From contig CDPCPM010000604.1 in NCBI GenBank assembly GCA_976551045.1, forward strand, positions 1,364,001-1,428,000: a stretch of 64,000 bases of DNA, given 5' to 3'. This DNA comes from Glaucostegus cemiculus (lineage: Eukaryota). Shown here piece by piece: positions 60,470 through 64,000 of the stretch (position 1 is its first letter; every line of letters starts with the position of its first letter). Both the position numbers and the translations under genes were made by a program. The notes beneath the pieces are model-generated. The model searched no databases and was not told the DNA's origin. It worked only from the letters and a program-made list of their open reading frames with translations.

Positions 60470-61958
60470 AAATTATTCATCATTCGTGACAGGTGAAGTG
60501 CCGGAAGACTGGAGGGTGGCTAATGTTGTGTCTTTATTTAAAAAGAGCTGCAAAGAAACACCTGAGAACTATAGACCAGTCAGCCCAACATCTGTGGTTG
60601 GTAGGTTACTAGAGGGGATTCTGAGGGATAAGATACACAAGCATTTGGAAAGACTGGGGTTGATTGGGGAAAGTCAGCATGGCTTTGTGTGTGGGAGATC
60701 ACGTCTCATGAATCTGAGCTTTTCAGAGAGGTAACCTAGAAGGTCACTGAGGGGGGCATCAGACGTAGTCCACATGGACTTCGATAAGGTCCATAAAGGC
60801 CGATAAGGCCTTTGATAAGGTCCCACATGGTAGGTTGCTATGGAAACTTAGATCTCAGTGGATCCAGAGAGAGCTGGTTAATTGGATTGATGGTAGGAAG
60901 CAGAGGGTGATGGTGGAAGGTTGTTTTCCGGACTGGAGGCCCGTGACCAGTGGTGTTCACCAGGGCTCGGTGCTGGGCCCATTGTTGTTTGTCATCCACA
61001 TCAATGATTTGGATGAGAATGTACAAGGCACTGTTAGTAAGTTTGCAGGTGACACTAAAATAGGTGGTGTCATAGACAGAAAAAATGCTTCTCAGGATTT
61101 ACAGAGGGATGTTGATCAGCTGGGTAAGTGGGCCATGGAATGGCAAATGGAATTTAATTTGGATAAGTGCGAGGTGCTGCACTTTGGGAAGACAAATCAG
61201 GGTAGAACATTCACAGTGAACAGAAGGGCCCTGGGGAGTGTTGTAGAACAGAGAGACCTAGGAGTAAAGTGCATGGTTCCCTGAAAGTGGCACAGCAGCT
61301 AGACAGGGTGGTGAAGGTGGCGTTTGGCCCACTGGCCTTCATCAGGCAGGCACTGAGTATAGAAGTTGGGAGGTTGTGTTGCAGTTGTACAAGATGTTTT
61401 TGAGGCCACATTAGGAATATTGTGTTCAGTTTTGATCGTCCTGCTACAGGAAAGATGCCATTAAGCTGGAGAGAGTGCAGAGGAGATTTACGAGGATGTT
61501 GCTGGGAATTGAGGGACTGAGTTATGGAGAGAGGGCGAGTAAGTCGGGACTATTTTCATTGGAGCATAGGAGAATGAGGAATGATCTAGTAGAGGTGTAT
61601 AAAATCATAAGGGGCATAGAACAGGGTGAATGTGCACAGTCTTTTTCCCAGGGTTGGGGAATCAAGAACTAGAGGGCGGAGGTTTAAGGTGAGAGGGGAG
61701 AGATTTAATAGGAACTCGAGGGGCAAGTTTTTCACCCAGAGGGTGGTGCGTATATGGATCGAGCTGCCAGGGGAAGTGGGTGAGGCAGTTACATTAACAA
61801 CATTTAGGAGATATTTGGACAGGTACATGGATAGGAAAGGTTTAGAGAGATACGGGCCAAACACGGGCAAATGACACTAGCTCAGATGGGAATCTTGGTC
61901 TGCATGGACCAGTTGGGCCGAAGGGCCTGTTGCCATGCTGTCGTGCTGTATGACTCTA
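60470..61958 (+). mobile_element. CR1/HER1 LINE, about 1.5 kb, frameshifted RT
   Basis: VPEDWRVANV..NYRPVS..SQHGF; GVHQGSVLGPLLF..FAGDTK; broken into several ORFs. Confidence 0.93.
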
Positions 61959-62689
61959 AAAGGATTCTTAAACTCAACAAGAAAATTCCTTGGATTTACT
62001 TGAGAACTGCCAGCAATTCTGCCTAATTGTAAAGGTCCCAAACATCCTGACAGGCCTTCACCAGAGCTTTGGTGTCTGCATGCTAACGGTGAACACCTCC
62101 TGGGGTCCAACAACAGATCTTGACCTTGTTGCTATCCCCTGCACTTGCACTGCCTTCCTTTAGGTGCAGGGTGTGAGTATTTATTGTCCATCCTTATTGT
62201 CCTGGGGAAGGTGATGGTGAACAACCTCAGTCCTTCTGGAGAAGGTGCTCCAACAGCACCATTGTTGGACCCCGTGACAGTGAAGGACCAGCAATATATT
62301 GTACACTGAACTTGGAGGGGAACCTCAGACGTTGGTGTTCCCTTGTCCTTCTCATGGGCAGTGGTCTTGGGTTGGTTACACATTTTCAAAGAGTGGTTCT
62401 GATTATTTCACATCAACCTGTCTCCAAGTTGATGAGATGGGCTGGTGTGTCTCTGGATGATCTGAAAAGAGCAATGTTAATTGTGGCCGTGTCAGTGTGA
62501 CTGAGCAGTACTGAGTCTGTCAATTCAGCCAAAATACTGGTGCAGGGACAGGAGGCAAAGCAAGATCTCCCTCCCTAAGCCGGAATTAAAGTCTTGCAGA
62601 CTGACCGCTGGCCAATCAGCAGTGACTTAATACTCAGACTGATTTCCTCCCCTCTTCAAGTTGGCATGGGAGAAAGAACTTGGTGAGAG

Positions 62690-63012
62690 TGTGGCACGGT
62701 GATGGAGCAGCCAGCATTGCTGCCTCACATCTCCAGGGACCCGGGTTCAATCCTGACCTCGGGTGCTGTCTGTGTGGAGTTTGTATGTTCTCCCTGTGAC
62801 CGCATGGGTTTCCCCCGGGTGCTCCAGTTTCCAGTTAATTAGTTTCTGTAAATTAATCCTGAGTATGGGCAAGTGTCGAAGGGAAGTTGATGGGCATGTG
62901 TGAGAGGGAATTAGTTGTAGCAGTACAAGGCGATAACGAGAGGGGAACAGGACGGATGGGATCGCTGTGCTGGTACCTGGCATGGACTGATGGCCACCTT
63001 CCTGTGTTGTAA
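62690..63012 (+). mobile_element. V-SINE (HE1-like)
   Basis: ggcacggtg...gggttcaatcctgacctcgggtgctgtctgtgtggagtttgtatgttctccc. Confidence 0.82.
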
Positions 63013-63799
63013 TAAAGTGGGTGATTGTCCGTCCTGTTGAAACGCACGGCAGAGGTAAAACGATGCATCAACCTTGCTGTGTAATGGTTGGTGTCTGGAT
63101 CGGGAGCAGATTGGAAACAGCCCTCAGTTATCCCACCCCTTGAGCATTCCCTCACACAAGGAGAACCAAACAAAAGAACAGGATACTCTCCCAGGTTCCC
63201 TGTGGATGGTTCCTACTTGGAACTGGGTGGGCAGCTTTCATCTTGTTTATTCCTTCCTGGGATGTGCTCGCTGGATATTTCGGAGGGCGGGTTAAAGGCG
63301 GACACCTTGCTGGAAGGTTGGGTGAGGAGCTTTGATGAACGGGGTGGGTTTGTACAGCAGTCCTGTAGTTTCCTGGGCACCATCATTGGTGAGAGGTTGT
63401 CGGCTGGAACCCCCTTCTGCCCTGGTAGGACTCGATCTCAGGTCTCAGATCAACAGTTCACTGCATACTAACCAGTGACCTAACTACTGCTCCACTGGCC
63501 CGTGGTATTGAATAAACCCAGCTCCATCTTTTGTTTTCAAGTAGTTGTGAAATTCACTGGGAAAAGGGTTAAAGAATTGTGTGGCCAACGTAAACCAAAC
63601 CCGCGCTGCTGTTTCTGGCGGCAGTGAGAAGGATCTTTGGTTTGGAAGAGGGGTTTGGTATTGAGGGTGGGGAAAGGCCTGGGATCATTGCTCTACTGTC
63701 TGCCGGATGTGGGTGGATGAAGCTTCCTCTGTCAACACCTTCTATAGCCTGCACTCTCGACACATACCGCAGCAGGGAAGCAATGTTTAGCTATATCAG

Positions 63800-63924
63800 G
63801 GTCAGTGGGATTAGGGAAGGGGTTTGTCCAGGGACACACAGGGAGGGGTCAGTGGGAGTAGGGCAGGTTTGTCCAGGGACACCTAAGGGGGTCAGTGGGA
63901 GTAGGGCAGAGGTTTGTCCAGGGA
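63800..63924. repeat. Short tandem repeat, about 3 copies of about 44-46 bp
   Basis: ggggtcagtgggagtagggcaggtttgtccagggacac units. Confidence 0.75.
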
Positions 63925-64000
63925 AAACCACTCTTCCCTCTGTTCCAGGCACTTGACTCCTTTTACAACCATTCCTGATGGGAGATGGATTCGTGGAGGT

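Noticed and set aside
63205-63437. Minus-strand open stretch containing LPGQKGVP as candidate exon 2
   Set aside because: Only two triplets, it ends in a stop codon, and it has no GID ending or matching splice sites. Exons 1-2 were not found in 54710-64000.

Overview
Repeat-dense vertebrate genomic DNA, very likely from a cartilaginous fish (HE1-type V-SINEs, SacSINE1/Deu-SINE-like elements, HER1/CR1 LINEs, Penelope and Rex1 fragments; probably a ray, which is inference). One host gene spans most of the window on the minus strand. I could read 21 consecutive phase-0 GT-AG exons (2204-54709; 1104 nt, 368 aa) of a FACIT collagen, colinear with exons 3-23 of COL9A3 (collagen alpha-3(IX)). Exons 1-2 and 24 onward were not found and presumably lie outside the window. 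The chain is atypical for alpha-3(IX). Exons 6 and 7 are 45+48 nt instead of 36+24 nt, which creates a 7-residue helix interruption (LLVSEEP). The NC3 hinge carries an acidic Ser-Gly glycosaminoglycan-attachment-like motif (EGSGDF). The visible COL3 arm has no lysine and is strongly acidic, and it contains GFRGER followed by RGD. It may be an undescribed extra collagen IX paralog. The introns hold many TE fragments, two near-identical solo LTRs with 5-bp TSDs, Penelope repeats with minimal hammerhead-ribozyme cores, several exon-adjacent minisatellites and two assembly gaps. Most ORFs in the supplied track are repeat artefacts. Comparisons to human COL9 chains use recalled sequences, not a database search; TE boundaries are approximate.
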